From: Macrostomum lignano
Taxonomy: Eukaryota
Assembly (NCBI GenBank): GCA_002269645.1
Contig: NIVC01000521.1
Coordinates: 186,001-250,000, forward strand
Direction: 5' to 3'
DNA: 64,000 nucleotides
The translations under genes were made by a program, and so were the position numbers. The notes under the pieces are model-generated. The model ran no database searches. It worked only from the letters and a program-made list of their open reading frames with translations, and was not told where the DNA came from. Shown piece by piece: positions 33,650 through 46,984 of this stretch (positions are counted from its first letter, which is position 1; each line of letters opens with the position of its first letter).

Positions 33650-35510
33650 CATGGAGTTCTGTGCTAGAAGTGTCTGGAAAGGAAACTGCCTGTGCTGAAG
33701 ACCTGACCATGGAGTTCTGTGCTAGAAGTGTCTGGAAAGGAAACTGCCTGTGCTGAAGACCTGACCATGGAGTTCTGTGCTAGAAGTGTCTGGAAAGGAA
33801 ACTGCCTGTGCTGAAGACCTGATCATGGAGTTCTGTGCTAGAAGTGTCTGGAAAGGAAACTGCCTGTGCTGAAGACCTGATCATGGAGTTCTGTGCTAGA
33901 AGTGTCTGGAAAGGAAACTGCCTGTGCTGAAGACCTGATCATGGAGTTCTGTGCTAGAAGTGTCTGGAAAGGAAACTGCCTGTGCTGAAGACCTGACCAT
34001 GGAGTTCTGTGCTAGAAGTGTCTGGAAAGGAAACTGCCTGTGCTGAAGACCTGACCATGGAGTTCTGTGCTAGAAGTGTCTGGAAAGGAAACTGCCTGTG
34101 CTGAAGACCTGACCATGGAGTTCTGTGCTAGAAGTGTCTGGAAAGGAAACTGCCTGTGCTGAAGACCTGACCATGGAGTTCTGTGCTAGAAGTGTCTGGA
34201 AAGGAAACTGCCTGTGCTGAAGACCTGATCATGGAGTTCTGTGCTAGAAGTGTCTGGAAAGGAAACTGCCTGTGCTGAAGACCTGACCATGGAGTTCTGT
34301 GCTAGAAGTGTCTGGAAAGGAAACTGCCTGTGCTGAAGACCTGATCATGGAGTTCTGTGCTAGAAGTGTCTGGAAAGGAAACTGCCTGTGCTGAAGACCT
34401 GACCATGGAGTTCTGTGCTAGAAGTGTCTGGAAAGGAAACTGCCTGTGCTGAAGACCTGACCATGGAGTTCTGTGCTAGAAGTGTCTGGAAAGGAAACTG
34501 CCTGTGCTGAAGACCTGACCATGGAGTTCTGTGCTAGAAGTGTCTGGAAAGGAAACTGCCTGTGCTGAAGACCTGACCATGGAGTTCTGTGCTAGAAGTG
34601 TCTGGAAAGGAAACTGCCTGTGCTGAAGACCTGACCATGGAGTTCTGTGCTAGAAGTGTCTGGAAAGGAAACTGCCTGTGCTGAAGACCTGACCATAGAG
34701 TTCTGTGCTAGAAGTGTCTGGAAAGGAAACTGCCTGTGCTGAAGACCTGACCATGGAGTTCTGTGCTAGAAGTGTCTGGAAAGGAAACTGCCTGTGCTGA
34801 AGACCTGACCATGGAGTTCTGTGCTAGAAGTGTCTGGAAAGGAAACTGCCTGTGCTGAAGACCTGACCATGGAGTTCTGTGCTAGAAGTGTCTGGAAAGG
34901 AAACTGCCTGTGCTGAAGACCTGACCATGGAGTTCTGTGCTAGAAGTGTCTGGACAGGAAACTGCCTGTGCTGAAGACCTGACCATGGAGTTCTGTGCTA
35001 GAAGTGTCTGGAAAGGAAACTGCCTGTGCTGAAGACCTGACCATGGAGTTCTGTGCTAGAAGTGTCTGGAAAGGAAACTGCCTGTGCTGAAGACCTGACC
35101 ATGGAGTTCTGTGCTAGAAGTGTCTGGAAAGGAAACTGCCTGTGCTGAAGACCTGACCATGGAGTTCTGTGCTAGAAGTGTCTGGAAAGGAAACTGCCTG
35201 TGCTGAAGACCTGACCATGGAGTTCTGTGCTAGAAGTGTCTGGAAAGGAAACTGCCTGTGCTGAAGACCTGACCATGGAGTTCTGTGCTAGAAGTGTCTG
35301 GAAAGGAAACTGCCTGTGCTGAAGACCTGACCATGGAGTTCTGTGCTAGAAGTGTCTGGAAAGGAAACTGCCTGTGCTGAAGACCTGACCATGGAGTTCT
35401 GTGCTAGAAGTGTCTGGAAAGGAAACTGCCTGTGCTGAAGACCTGACCATGGAGTTCTGTGCTAGAAGTGTCTGGACAGGAAACTGCCTGTGCTGAAGAC
35501 CTGACCATGG
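33650..35510. repeat. Highly homogeneous 58-nt satellite, about 32 copies
   Basis: catggagttctgtgctagaagtgtctggaaaggaaactgcctgtgctgaagacctgac. Confidence 0.97.
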
Positions 35511-36244
35511 AAATTTAGAAGCCTGAGCCCCTAGCCTGCCCGCGCTCTGCTAAAATTCGCAGTCTGTGACGCAATCAATATCTTCTAATATAGACAAGCG
35601 CGTGGCCCAGAAAGAATTCCCCTCATTGAGCGCTCATTTCGTGGAAAATTGGGCCATTGGGAATAGATTTTAGATAGACAGACGCGAGGGGGGACACCTA
35701 CCCTCTTGAAAAATGAGGATTGAAACGATTTTGAAGCCATCTGCCTCATCCAGCAGTGCTCAATTGGGACCCCAACCCCCTGAGGCGCCATTGAGCAGCC
35801 CCGCCGCGGCGTCGGAATGAACAGTTGAAGTGGTCAGCCTCTCTGTGAGAGGGAACTTCGACTATCGGAATTCGGTGGGATGGGTTGGTGGGGCAGGGGT
35901 TACAGATATAGTTATTATTATTATTATAAATGGGGGAAGCGAGACGAAAAATGCCACGAGCCTGCGGAGGAGGGACCTCCTGTCTGTCACACGGGCTCTG
36001 GCTGTGCTCAAAATTGTCCGCCTTATCAAGACGGCATCATCTATTTATGCAATGCCTCATCAGAAATGTCATTGTATTTCTCCCAATGAGGGCTCTTCAT
36101 CCACCACAGCACTGCCTGTCAGTTGCAGCTGTGACTATTGCTTTTAACCTACTATTATGAAGCTTTGAGTCTGACTTTGACTTCATCAGTTTGAGGAGCA
36201 GGTTGGCAATGCCTTTAAATTAGTCCTACTGAATTTTCTATAAT

Positions 36245-36379
36245 GAGCTGTGAAAGATAGAGAAAGAGAGAAAGAGTGACATGTGAAAGAGGGGTAGAGA
36301 CGTGTGAAAGATAGGTAGAGAGATGTGAAAGAGAGAGAGAGATGTGAGACAGATGCGAAAGAGAGAGAGAGAGAGATGT

Positions 36380-36417
<38 letters not shown>

Positions 36418-37000
36418 TGAAAGAGAGTGAGAGATGTGAGACAGATGTGAAAGAGAGAGAGAGATGTGAAAGAGAGGTAAAGAGATGTGAAAGAGAGGTA
36501 GAGAGATGTGAAAGAGAGGTAGAGAGATGTGAAAGAGAGGTAGAGAGATGTGAAAGAGAGGTAGAGAGATGTGAAAGAGAGGTAGAGAGATGTGAAAGAG
36601 AGGTAGAGAGATGTGAAAGAGAGGTAGAGAGATGTGAAAGAGAGGTAGAGATATGTGAAAGAGAGTGAGAGAGATGTGAAAGAGAGGTAGAGAGATGTGA
36701 AAGAGAGGTAGAGAGATGTGAAAGAGAGGTAGAGATATGTGAAAGAGAGTGAGAGAGATGTGAAAGAGAGGTAGAGAGATGTGAAAGAGAGGTAGAGAGA
36801 TGTGAAAGAGAGGTAGAGAGATGTGAAAGAGAGGTAGAGAGATGTGAAAGAGAGGTAGAGAGATGTGAAAGAGAGGTAGAGATATGTGAAAGAGAGTGAG
36901 AGAGATGTGAAAGAGAGGTAGAGAGATGTGAAAGAGAGGTAGAGATATGTGAAAGAGAGTGAGAGAGATGTGAAAGAGAGGTAGAGAGATGTGAGAGAGA
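36245..37000. repeat. 21-nt GA-rich minisatellite
   Basis: gagagatgtgaaagagaggta. Confidence 0.93.
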
Positions 37001-37659
37001 GTGAATCAATTGAATTGAATTTTGAGCCTGAATGAAACCATATAAAACTGTGCAAGTTGTATTTCGAAATTCCCCAATAGAATTTATCGGGTTTAAGAAG
37101 TTGCGCAACACACAGTGAATAAATCTAACACCCAACCGATGGACCGTCACCTTCAAGATGGCTAATAAATGAACAATCCCAACTGCAAGATGAGAATTAT
37201 AATCTTCTGCGATAGTGGTGCAGTTGCCATGGGGGTAGTCATGCTCCCCCATTCAGGTGCGAAGAACACGCACACATGTTCTCACTTACACGGCTTTGCC
37301 TCTGTATACTCAGAACAGAAACCAAGCAGTGTGAAACTGGTGTTGTCAAGGTGTGTAGATAGGGGTGTAATTAGGCCTTGCTGTCAACTTAGAGAAGTGT
37401 ATTGGGGGGGGGGGTTAACAGTTAAAGTGAAGAAGTCAGAGTCAAAGTGATCATAAGAGCGGATTGCGTCATTAAGGGGGCCACCAGCTTCGATGCAGGA
37501 AGTCAAGCAGCGACATCAAATAGTTGCTAGGCGCAGTGTAAGTCGAGTTCCTTATGGTTTTAAGTGTCCGGAAGTTTTACTCTCAGTGATTTTCTATTAT
37601 GCAGAATATTTATTGAATATATGGGTGACTTTGCTTAGAAGTCTCAAGGAGATTCATAT

Positions 37660-38285
37660 TCAAGACGATTCTCTCAGGTGAGATTCCTATTCAAGACGAT
37701 TCTCTCAGGTGAGATTCCTATTCAAGATGATTATCTCAGGTGAGATTCCTATTCAAGATGTTTATCTCAGATGAGATTCCTATTCAAGATGATTATCTCA
37801 GGTGAGATTCCTATTCAAGATGTTTATCTCAGGTGAGATTCCTATTCAAGACGATTCTCTCAGGTGAGATTCCTATTCAAGATGATTATCTCAGGTGAGA
37901 TTCCTATTCAAGATGTTTATCTCAGGTGAGATTCCTATTCAAGATGATTATCTCAGGTGAGATTCCTATTCAAGATGTTTATCTCAGATGAGATTCCTAT
38001 TCAAGATGATTATCTCAGGTGAGATTCCTATTCAAGATGTTTATCTCAGGTGAGATTCCTATTCAAGACGATTCTCTCAGGTGAGATTCCTATTCAAGAT
38101 GATTATCTCAGGTGAGATTCCTATTCAAGATGTTTATCTCAGGTGAGATTCCTATTCAAGATGATTATCTCAGGTGAGATTCCTATTCAAGATGATTATC
38201 TCATGTGAGATTTCTATTCAAGATGATTATCTCATGTGAGATTTCTATTCAATATGTTTATCTCAGGTGAGATTTCTATTTCAAG
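37660..38285. repeat. 31-nt minisatellite
   Basis: ggtgagattcctattcaagatgattatctca. Confidence 0.95.
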
Positions 38286-38774
38286 ATGGTTCTTCTAGTT
38301 GACGCCTTTTTTTATAGTTTAAAGGGTAATACATGTATTGCCTCAGAAAAAGAATAATCAAATTCGTATACATAGGATGTAGAAACATAAGCTTCGCATA
38401 TATAAACTTCAGTCAAGCACAAGAACAGTCAAATTTACTATAGACAACTTTACATTTTTTCAATAAGAAAATGTCAAGAGGGCTCAAGAGCTGAAAAGGT
38501 AAAAAAGGTGCGAAAAATGAGGTGGACTGTGCAGGATAGAAGAATTCCCCTGATAATTATGATCTTTCCTTATTTTTTCATGTCATCGTGTTAGCGCTTT
38601 GGGGTTGAGGTGAGAGACGTGGCTGTGTTTATTAATTCTTACACCCTGCATTGCAAGCCTCTGCAACAATTTTCGGATTTATATCAGTAGCTAATATATC
38701 TGCTGCTCAGTTTTCTGTTGGGATACTTCAATCTATTTAATCCTTTGCTATTTTCTGGTGTTTTTTGCGGCGCT

Positions 38775-40120
38775 AATTTTTGGCGCCAATCCTGGGGCTA
38801 TTTGTGGCGCCAATTCTGAGACTATTTATGGTTATGGCGCCAATCCTGAGTCTTTTTGTCGCGCCAATCCTGAGTCTATTTGTGGCACTAATTCTTAGGC
38901 TTTTTGTGGCGCCAATCTTGAGGCTATTTGTGGCGCCAATCTTGAGTCTATTTGTGGCGCCAATCTTGAGGCTATTTTTGGCGCCGATCCTAAGGCTATT
39001 TGTGGCGCCGATCCTGAGTCTTTTTGTGGCGCCGATCCTGAGTCTTTTTGTCGCGCCAATCCTGAGTCTATTTATGGTTATGGCGCCAATCCTGAGTCTT
39101 TTTGTCGCGCCAATCCCGAGTCTATTTGTGGCACTAATTCTAAGGCTATTTGTGGCGCCAATCTTGAGGCTATTTGTGGCGCCAATCTTGAGGCTATTTG
39201 TGACGCCGATCCTGAGGCTATTTGTGCCGCCGATCCTGAGGCTATTTGTGGCGCCAATCTTGAGGCTATTTGTGGCGCCGATCCTGAGGCTATTTGTGCC
39301 GCCGATCCTGAGGCTATTTGTGGCGCCAATCTTGAGGCTATTTGTGCCGCCGATCCTGAGGCTATTTGTGGCGCCAATCTTGAGGCTATTTGTGGCGCCG
39401 ATCCTGAGGCTATTTGTGCCGCCGATCCTGAGGCTATTTGTGCCGCCGATCCTGAGGCTATTTGTGCCGCCGATCCTGAGGCTATTTGTGGCGCCGATCC
39501 TGAGGCTATTTGTGGCGCCGATCCTGAGGCTATTTGTGCCGCCGATCCTGAGGCTATTTGTGGCACCAATCTTGAGGCTATTTGTGCCGCCGATCCTGAG
39601 GCTATTTGTGGCGCCAATCTTGAGGCTATTTGTGCCGCCGATCCTGAGGCTATTTGTGCCGCCGATCCTGAGGCTATTTGTGGCGCCAATCTTGAGGCTA
39701 TTTGTGGCGCCGATCCTGAGGCTATTTGTGCCGCCGATCCTGAGGCTATTTGTGCCGCCGATCCTGAGGCTATTTGTGCCGCCGATCCTGAGGCTATTTG
39801 TGGCGCCGATCCTGAGGCTATTTGTGGCGCCGATCCTGAGGCTATTTGTGCCGCCGATCCTGAGGCTATTTGTGGCACCAATCTTGAGGCTATTTGTGCC
39901 GCCGATCCTGAGGCTATTTGTGGTGCCGATCCTGAGGCTATTTGTGGCGCCAATTCTGAGGCTATTTGTGGTGCCGATCCTGAGGCTATTTGTGGCGCCG
40001 ATCCTGAGGCTATTTGTGGCGCCAATCTTGAGGCTATTTGTGGCGCCAATATTGAGGCTATTTGTGGCGCCAATTCTGAGGCTATTTGTGGCGCCGATCC
40101 TGAGTCTTTTTGTGGCGCCA
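38775..40120. repeat. 24-nt minisatellite
   Basis: tttgtggcgccgatcctgaggcta. Confidence 0.95.
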
Positions 40121-41974
40121 ATGGTAGCGCATGTGCATTATGTCAAGGCAAAGCTTTTATAAAACATTATAGGGTTTTTAAGGCCCATGGACTTGAGAGA
40201 TAGAGAGTGTTCACAAAAGTCGAGCTTACTGCCTACTTCAGTCCACTATTTAAAGTTAACATTACTAAATTTAACCGAATTTTGCAGCCTGTCTATTATT
40301 TATCTACCGCTTTATTTAATTTGGTCCGCGCTTGCAGATAAGAAGCCGACAATATAGGCTGCCGCCTAGACATAAAGGTATATATTATTAGTAAATACCA
40401 CTACTATACCGGTATTAATATCCCCTGACTATATTCCCCACGTGCGAGCGCCTCTGCCACCTCCACGATATCAAAGGAATATTCGAGCTCGTGGGGGGAG
40501 AGGGGGATGGCAGATTGCAATGATGGCTATCTATATACGAGAGCTATAGTTCTGAATTTTTTCTCAACAAAAGGGGCTTTGAAGTGGAATTATTCGTAGT
40601 GTTTATTCCGTGCCATATTTTTCCCGAGCCACCACGTGCAGGGATTGAAGCTCCCGGAAGCGGTATTAATAGGGAATAAGGGAGGGAGGGAGGGAGGTTC
40701 GCAATCTCAGCGGGTGGCACATTGGTGGAGATGGTCTCCCAGAGCCGAGGATAAGAGCTGGCTGGCTCAAAAGATTGGGACTTTTTGAGCTTCCCTTGGA
40801 GTTGAGCCAAGGACTCCCAGAGCCAAAACTCGGATTGGTAAAATAGATGCCACAATGACCTTGACCGATTTAGTCAACATAGTTTTTGTTTCACTTTGTG
40901 CTCAACATTCAGTTCTATCGAATGTCAAGTCTCTTGACATTGTCCCACAACCATTGTCAAAGCAATTCTGCCCATTCATTCCGCTGGCTCCTGAGCTCCT
41001 AATCTCCTGTGACCTACAGTTGGAGCTTTTCAACTCCAGATTCTAGCTGTAAAACTCCTTGGTTCAGCATATCGAAGGGCAATAAATGTAGGGGAGATTC
41101 GACAGATGCAAAAAATGTCATCGGATTGTAACCGGGAGAGGAGCTCTCCAGTTTGCCTCGCGGGGGGGGGGTCTGGGAGCGCGACACCCGGTGGCTGCGT
41201 GTGCTCGACGCTTGAGACCTCCGAGTCCCCATCTTCAGTGCGCAGTCATGCGATGCTGGGAATGCTTGGAGTCCTTGGCATTATTGCATAAAGTTTAACT
41301 CACCCAGCTGGCAAACCTTTATAAACAGTTTCGTGTTTTAACGGTCTTGGGCTGGTGCAACTAATTGAAAGATGACCAATAATCAAAGTGGCTCTGGCTA
41401 ACCCCGATTGAGAAAGGAATTTAGAAAAGCATTTCAATTATTCTTCGATGGTAGCGTGGCTAGTTATAATAGTTATTTTCTAGTTTTAGTTGCTAGGCTC
41501 GGGGCCAACGGCGTGTGTGGGGGGTGTAGGGGAGCGGGGGCTCACACCTGCCTCTGCGGGTGGGGTAATTTTCCCAAGAGATATTTATAGAATCCAGCTT
41601 CCGATCCAAAGGCGACACGCGACCAATTTGGAGCTAATAAGTTATGCTTACATTTTTTGCTGTGTATGCAATGTACGTTATTATTTTTGATGTAGCGTTA
41701 TACATACATTGCAGAATCTTTTAAAATTGTTGATGGAGTGATTTTTTCGGAGAACACGTGGCCGCTGCGCGGAAGCTTCCGGTTATTCAATTGCAGTGGG
41801 ACACACTGCTCTGATTTGCAACTGTGCTTGACAGCTGTCAGGTGCCCTGCGTGTACCGGAAACGCATTATTTTCACTGCAGTTTGGAAATTTTTGCGCGG
41901 GGAACGCAAAATAAAAGAAATTATCAATATGTGACATAAACAATAAGCCAAAACAGCGACAAAATCATCCACAA

Positions 41975-42228
41975 AAAATCAACAACAACAATAACAACCT
42001 CATCATCATCAACAGCAACAACAATAACAACAGCCTCATTATCAACAATAACAGCAACAACAACAACTCTACGTTCGGTCTACAACTCTGTTGTAGCTCC
42101 TACTTGGCGCCGCGTTTTCGTCGCGGAGGGGAAACACGCCCTATGGGGGTGTACAAAGAGCGCCATAACCCGCACACTGCGTCCAGCGAGCGTGATTGTA
42201 CAACAACAACAACAGCCGCATCATTATC

Positions 42229-42260
<32 letters not shown>

Positions 42261-42307
42261 GATCAACAACAACAACAACAACGACAAAAACAGCAACAAC
42301 AACAACA
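41975..42307. repeat. (CAA)n tracts at 41975-42066 and 42195-42307, flanking structured-RNA copy 1
   Basis: Direct reading. Confidence 0.9.
42080..42165 (+). ncRNA. Candidate HDV-like ribozyme or structured RNA, copy 1
   Basis: P1 ctcctac/ggagggg, P2 tggcgcc/g(a)gcgcca, P3 gcg/cgc, L3 ttttcgt, P4 hairpin, J4/2 CAAA; covaries with copy 2. Confidence 0.5.
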
Positions 42308-42336
42308 GTTGCACGTGGGACATGGTGTCAGATTTA

Positions 42337-42422
42337 CGGCGCTCTTCGACCTCCCCCGAAGGAAGAGGGTCCCCTCCGCGACGAAAACGCGGCGCCGAGT
42401 AGGACCTGCGGGAAGCCCGCAG
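42337..42422 (-). ncRNA. Candidate HDV-like ribozyme or structured RNA, copy 2 (inverted)
   Basis: Ungapped 86-nt alignment to copy 1 with compensatory changes; UUCG-capped P4; J4/2 CGAA. Confidence 0.5.
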
Positions 42423-42446
42423 TCTAGGCGTAAAGCCTAGGCGTAT

Positions 42447-43215
42447 CCAATGGCCATCAAGCTCGCCCTGGAAGACATTATCAGCTCCGAGCCGCGCCAA
42501 GCCGTCATTCTAACCGACAGCCAGAGCGCCATCGCCGCCATCAAAGCTGACCGTCCAACCCTCAACCTGCGGCTTGAGCAAGTTAAAGATCTCCTCGCTA
42601 ACGCAGCCATGCACACGAAGATTACCCTGCAATGGGTTCCGGGACATTCGGGAGTGCCCGGTAACGAACTGGTCGACGCAGAGGCCAAGCTCGTGGCCAC
42701 CCTGCCTCAGGACGAGTCCGAAATATCCTTTGCAGCCGCTAAAGAGCGCATCCGTCATCATCTCAAGTACCGCCTAACCCTTCAAGGGCACATGGCCGAG
42801 GTCTACGGTAAACCGATCTCCTTCCATCAGGGACCACGCCGCCAACAAATCCTCGTGGCGCAAGTCAGAGCAGGCCACTGCCCTGACTCCAACTATCGCA
42901 ACCGCACAGGCATCTCCGATGGCGGCCCCTGCCGTCTTTGCCTGGATGTCCCGGACCAATTCCACCTCTGGACCTGCCCTAGGCTCGAAACAATTCGCCG
43001 CAACATCGGCGTCACTAATCTGAGCGACTTTGCACGTGGGGATATGGTGGCGCAGCTCCTGGGAGCCGTCGACTGGCAGCCCCTGTGAGATGCTCACCGC
43101 AATCAACAACAACAACAACAACAACAACAACACCGACAGCAACAACAAAAACAGCCTCAACAACAACAACAACAACGACAACAACAGCAGCAACAGAAAC
43201 AACAACAACAACAAG
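42447..43215 (+). mobile_element. 5'-truncated non-LTR retrotransposon 3' end (RNase H + CCHC finger, I/LOA/R1-type) with (CAA)n tail
   Basis: ORF 42450-43088: ILTDSQSAI, LQWVPGHSGVPGNELVD, RAGHC, CRLC..FHLWTCP; microsatellite tail follows the stop. Confidence 0.88.
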
Positions 43216-43949
43216 CTACCATCGAAACCGCAAATGTATTACGACGTGTCTGTAGGCTCTGTGGCTCTCAAACCAATGTCATCTTCTGCACTGCCTCGAC
43301 GTCCTCCACAGGACCAACGGAGTCAATAAACAGAAGCAACCACAGCATCAGCATAAAATCAACAAAAAAACATCATCAGATACCGCAGAAACAAAAGGGA
43401 CAAAGGATCAGCCAACTACAATCTAGATTCCGGCTCATGCACTCCTCAAGTAGAAGCCTTTTATAATGGCAACTCTTTAAACACGAGGTTTTCCTCAACG
43501 TTATACCAGCGTACACACACACAGCTATAGCATTGATTGAAGGCTTGCCCAGCTAACATTTCATCTTGCAGCCTGCGTGCCAGTTGCAAAGAATTGGCGC
43601 GCGTGTGTTAAACAAAGCCGCTAATAACAGTTTTCTGAGGGAGTTCGAGTTGACAATTTTCAAATGTGATTTGAGCAGTCAGTCAGTTTTGAGGCTAAAC
43701 AAAATACGCAAACACACAGAAGAAATGTGCGAATGTTAATCCCAATACAATAGGCAAGATTTAGTGCCCCTGGCTAGAGAGGGGGGGGGGCAAAAAACAT
43801 CAACAACCAGATTTTCTTTTGTGCCTCATGCAGTACCCCAATTCTTACTCAAAGTGAACGCTTTGTTTGTCCATTTGCTGACAGAACACAAATAAAATGT
43901 GCGGCGGATATTTTTCTATGGGAAGTGTATGCGTGAGTCTGATTACTCA

Positions 43950-44690
43950 TCTCGAAAGTGAAGAAATTCTTAGGGAGAGATTCTTGGAAAGAGAGATTCT
44001 CAGGGAGAGATTCTTTGCGAGATTCTTAGAAAGAGAGACTCTCGGGGAGAGATTCTTAGAAAGAGAGACTCTCGGGGAGAGATTCTTAGAAAGAGAGATT
44101 CTTAGGGAGAGAATGTTAAAAAGAGAGATTCTCAGGGAGAGATTCTTAGAAAGAGAGGTTCTCAGGGAGATATTCTAGGGGAGAGATTCTCAGGGAGAGA
44201 TTCTTGGAAAGAGATATTCTTAGGGAAATATTCTTAGAGAGAGAGAGACTCTCAGGGCGATATTCTTAGTAAGAGAGACTTTCAGGAGAGATTCTTAGAA
44301 AGAGAGATTCTCAGTAACAGGTTTTTAGAAAGAGATATTCTCAGGGAGAGATTCTTAGAGATAGAGACTCTCAGGGAGGGATTCTCATGCAGGGATTCTC
44401 AGGGAGAGATTCTCAAGGAGATAATCTTTGCGAGATTCTTAGAAAGAGAGATTCTCACGGAGAAATTCTTAGAAGGAGAGAATCTCAGGGAGGGATTCTC
44501 GGGGAGGGATTCTCAGGGAGATATTCTTAGGGAGAGATACTTAAAAAGAGAGATTCTCAGGGAGAGATTCTCGGGGAGGGATTCTCAGGGAGAGATACTT
44601 AGAAAAAGAGAAGATTCTCATGGAGATTCTTAGAGAGATTCTAAGAGAGTGATCATTAGAAAGAGAGATTCTCAGGGAGAGATTCTCAGG
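43950..44690. repeat. Degenerate gagagattct(c/t)ag satellite with several TTCTTAGAA motifs
   Basis: Direct reading. Confidence 0.9.
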
Positions 44691-45344
44691 TAGGTAGAGT
44701 TGCTCAGTCTCTTGAGGATCGGTTTCTCTGACCTAGAATACGACTGTGGAAAAAAAGTTCGTAGGGAAGACACTGCAAAGCTAAAAAAAGAGATTAATCG
44801 TTTCATCTGAGATTCTCTGTTGCGATGGTGAGAAGGAGAAAACAGTCATTAATCTTCTCTAAAATCTGCTCTTTCCAAAATGTTTTGAATCGCAAAGCGG
44901 GCTGAGTCTGAACAGATAACAACTGAGGAGCCCAACTGTCACCTCAATCGATATTGATCGATCTGGCGACTGAGTTGACCTGAAGACTCTGCGATGGATT
45001 GTCTTTCGCTTCATCAACCATTGTCAGAATCGCGATATCTTCATCTGAACAGTTTATTGCCAAGGTGACAAAAAGGGGAAACGAGTGTGATGCAGTAATC
45101 AACACCTAAGATGTACCAAGGCTACAAATCCTATGCAATATTGCAACAGATTGTATTTTTAATGATTATTTCAAACACCATTATTGGGCATATGGCGGCT
45201 GCGGCTGTCTTAGTTTATAAAGCATCAAGTTACACTTTTCTTTCTTTCTCATAATCATACGTGGCTCAGTACAAGTTCGAATTTTTGAAGTTTGATTGAA
45301 CCTTGAAAGATGACTAGTTTGACTTGTCACTGACAGCTGGTTCG

Positions 45345-46075
45345 AAGTGCTGAGATGTCAAGGCTCATGGGGGGAATTGCTGAGATGTCAAGGCTCATAG
45401 GGGGAATTGCTGAGATATCAAGGCTCATAGGGGGAATTGCTGAGAGGTCAAGGCTCACATGGGGAATTGCTGAGATGTCAAGGCTCATAGGGGGAATTGC
45501 TGAGATGTCAAGGCTCATAGGGGGAATTGCTGAGAGGTCAAGGCTCACATGGGGAATTGCTGAGATGTCAAGGCTCATAGGGGGAATTGCTGAGAGGTCA
45601 AGGCTCACATGGGGAATTGCTGAGATGTCAAGGCTCATAGGGGGAATTGCTGAGATGTCAAGGCTCATAGGGGGAATTGCTGAGATGTCAAGGCTCATAG
45701 GGGGGGGGGAATTTCTGAGATGTCAAGGCTCATGGGGGGGATTGCTGAGATGTCAAGGCTCATAGGGGGAATTGCTGAGAGGTCAAGGCTCACATGGGGA
45801 ATTGCTGAGATGTCAAGGCTCATAGGGGGGGGAATTTCTGAGATGTCAAGGCTCATGGGGGGGGATTGCTGAGATGTCAAGGCTCATGGGGGGGATTGCT
45901 GAGATGTCAAGGATCATGAGGGGGAATTGCTGAGATGTCAAGGCTCATAGGGGGAATGGCTGAGATGTCAAGGCTCATGGGGGGGGGAATTGCTGAGATG
46001 TCAAGGCTCATGGGGGGATTGCTGAGATGTCAAGGCTCATAGGGGGAATGGCTGAGATGTCAAGGCTCATGGGGT
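45345..46075. repeat. 30-nt minisatellite
   Basis: gctgagatgtcaaggctcatagggggaatt. Confidence 0.95.
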
Positions 46076-46984
46076 TTTGAAGTTTCAACTAAACGACCGA
46101 GAAATTATTCATCTTTAAAATGAAACCAAGTTTACTAAAAAAATTAATCACATCCACCAACCAAAGTTCCCGATATATTTTCATAATAGACAGCGCGTCT
46201 GTTGTGTTGTAATGTAAACTGAACGATCTGCTCACAGTTCATTCAGTCTTTGGTTATTCCGCACGCGGGCAGAGCTGGGTCATAAAACTCAAATTTAGTT
46301 CGCATAGATCAAATAGAGTAGACAGGCTCAATTGCAAACGAGCTCAATTATAGGCCGGCAATATGGCACTTCATAATATATCGTATTTACCGAACTCCAG
46401 TAGAGGCCTATATTGCTAAAGCTATCTCTTGGAAACGAACTGGCCTGGGGTTCATGACTGCACTGTTTACTCAAGGCATGCGCCACCCGGGGGGGGGGTG
46501 GGGGGGGTGGGAAAGGGGAATCGGAACTCTAGCGGTTGTTGGAAAAATAGGGGAGCCCATTTCGCGAAAAAATATCCCAAGCTGCATTGAGCCGGGGCGG
46601 TGAGCAAGCGAGGACCTTGCTGTAGGGGGGAGGGGTTGCGCGGCCCCCTCTCTCCTGGTCCCTCCACTGAACCCCCGGCCTGTCTAAAAATATTTGTCAC
46701 ACTCTCCGAGCCTTCTGATTGGCTGGGCCGGCACACCGGCACGGGCCCCAACACCCCATCCAACGCAGGCCTATTTGGTAAAACCCCCCACCCAGGTGTC
46801 TGCCTGAAGCCCATCTATCTATATTTTACTGCCGGCATCGGTATACCTTCAGATTGATAGACAAGCGTTTTAAACACACACAGAGCTCCAGTCATAAGAA
46901 GACAGACAGACTGATTGGATCGACAGATAACTCAGTTTTTTGAGCACTTGACCAGCTGCAGCGGCGGCCACCGCAAGTACGATC

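Noticed and set aside
33650-35510. CRISPR-like regular array
   Set aside because: Identical contiguous units with no unique spacers, no cas genes, eukaryotic context
38780-40162. 460-aa and 347-aa ORFs
   Set aside because: Products of a 24-nt tandem repeat, with no domain signal
44740-45070. Coding-like minus-strand stretch
   Set aside because: Broken by stops or a frameshift and not assignable to any family
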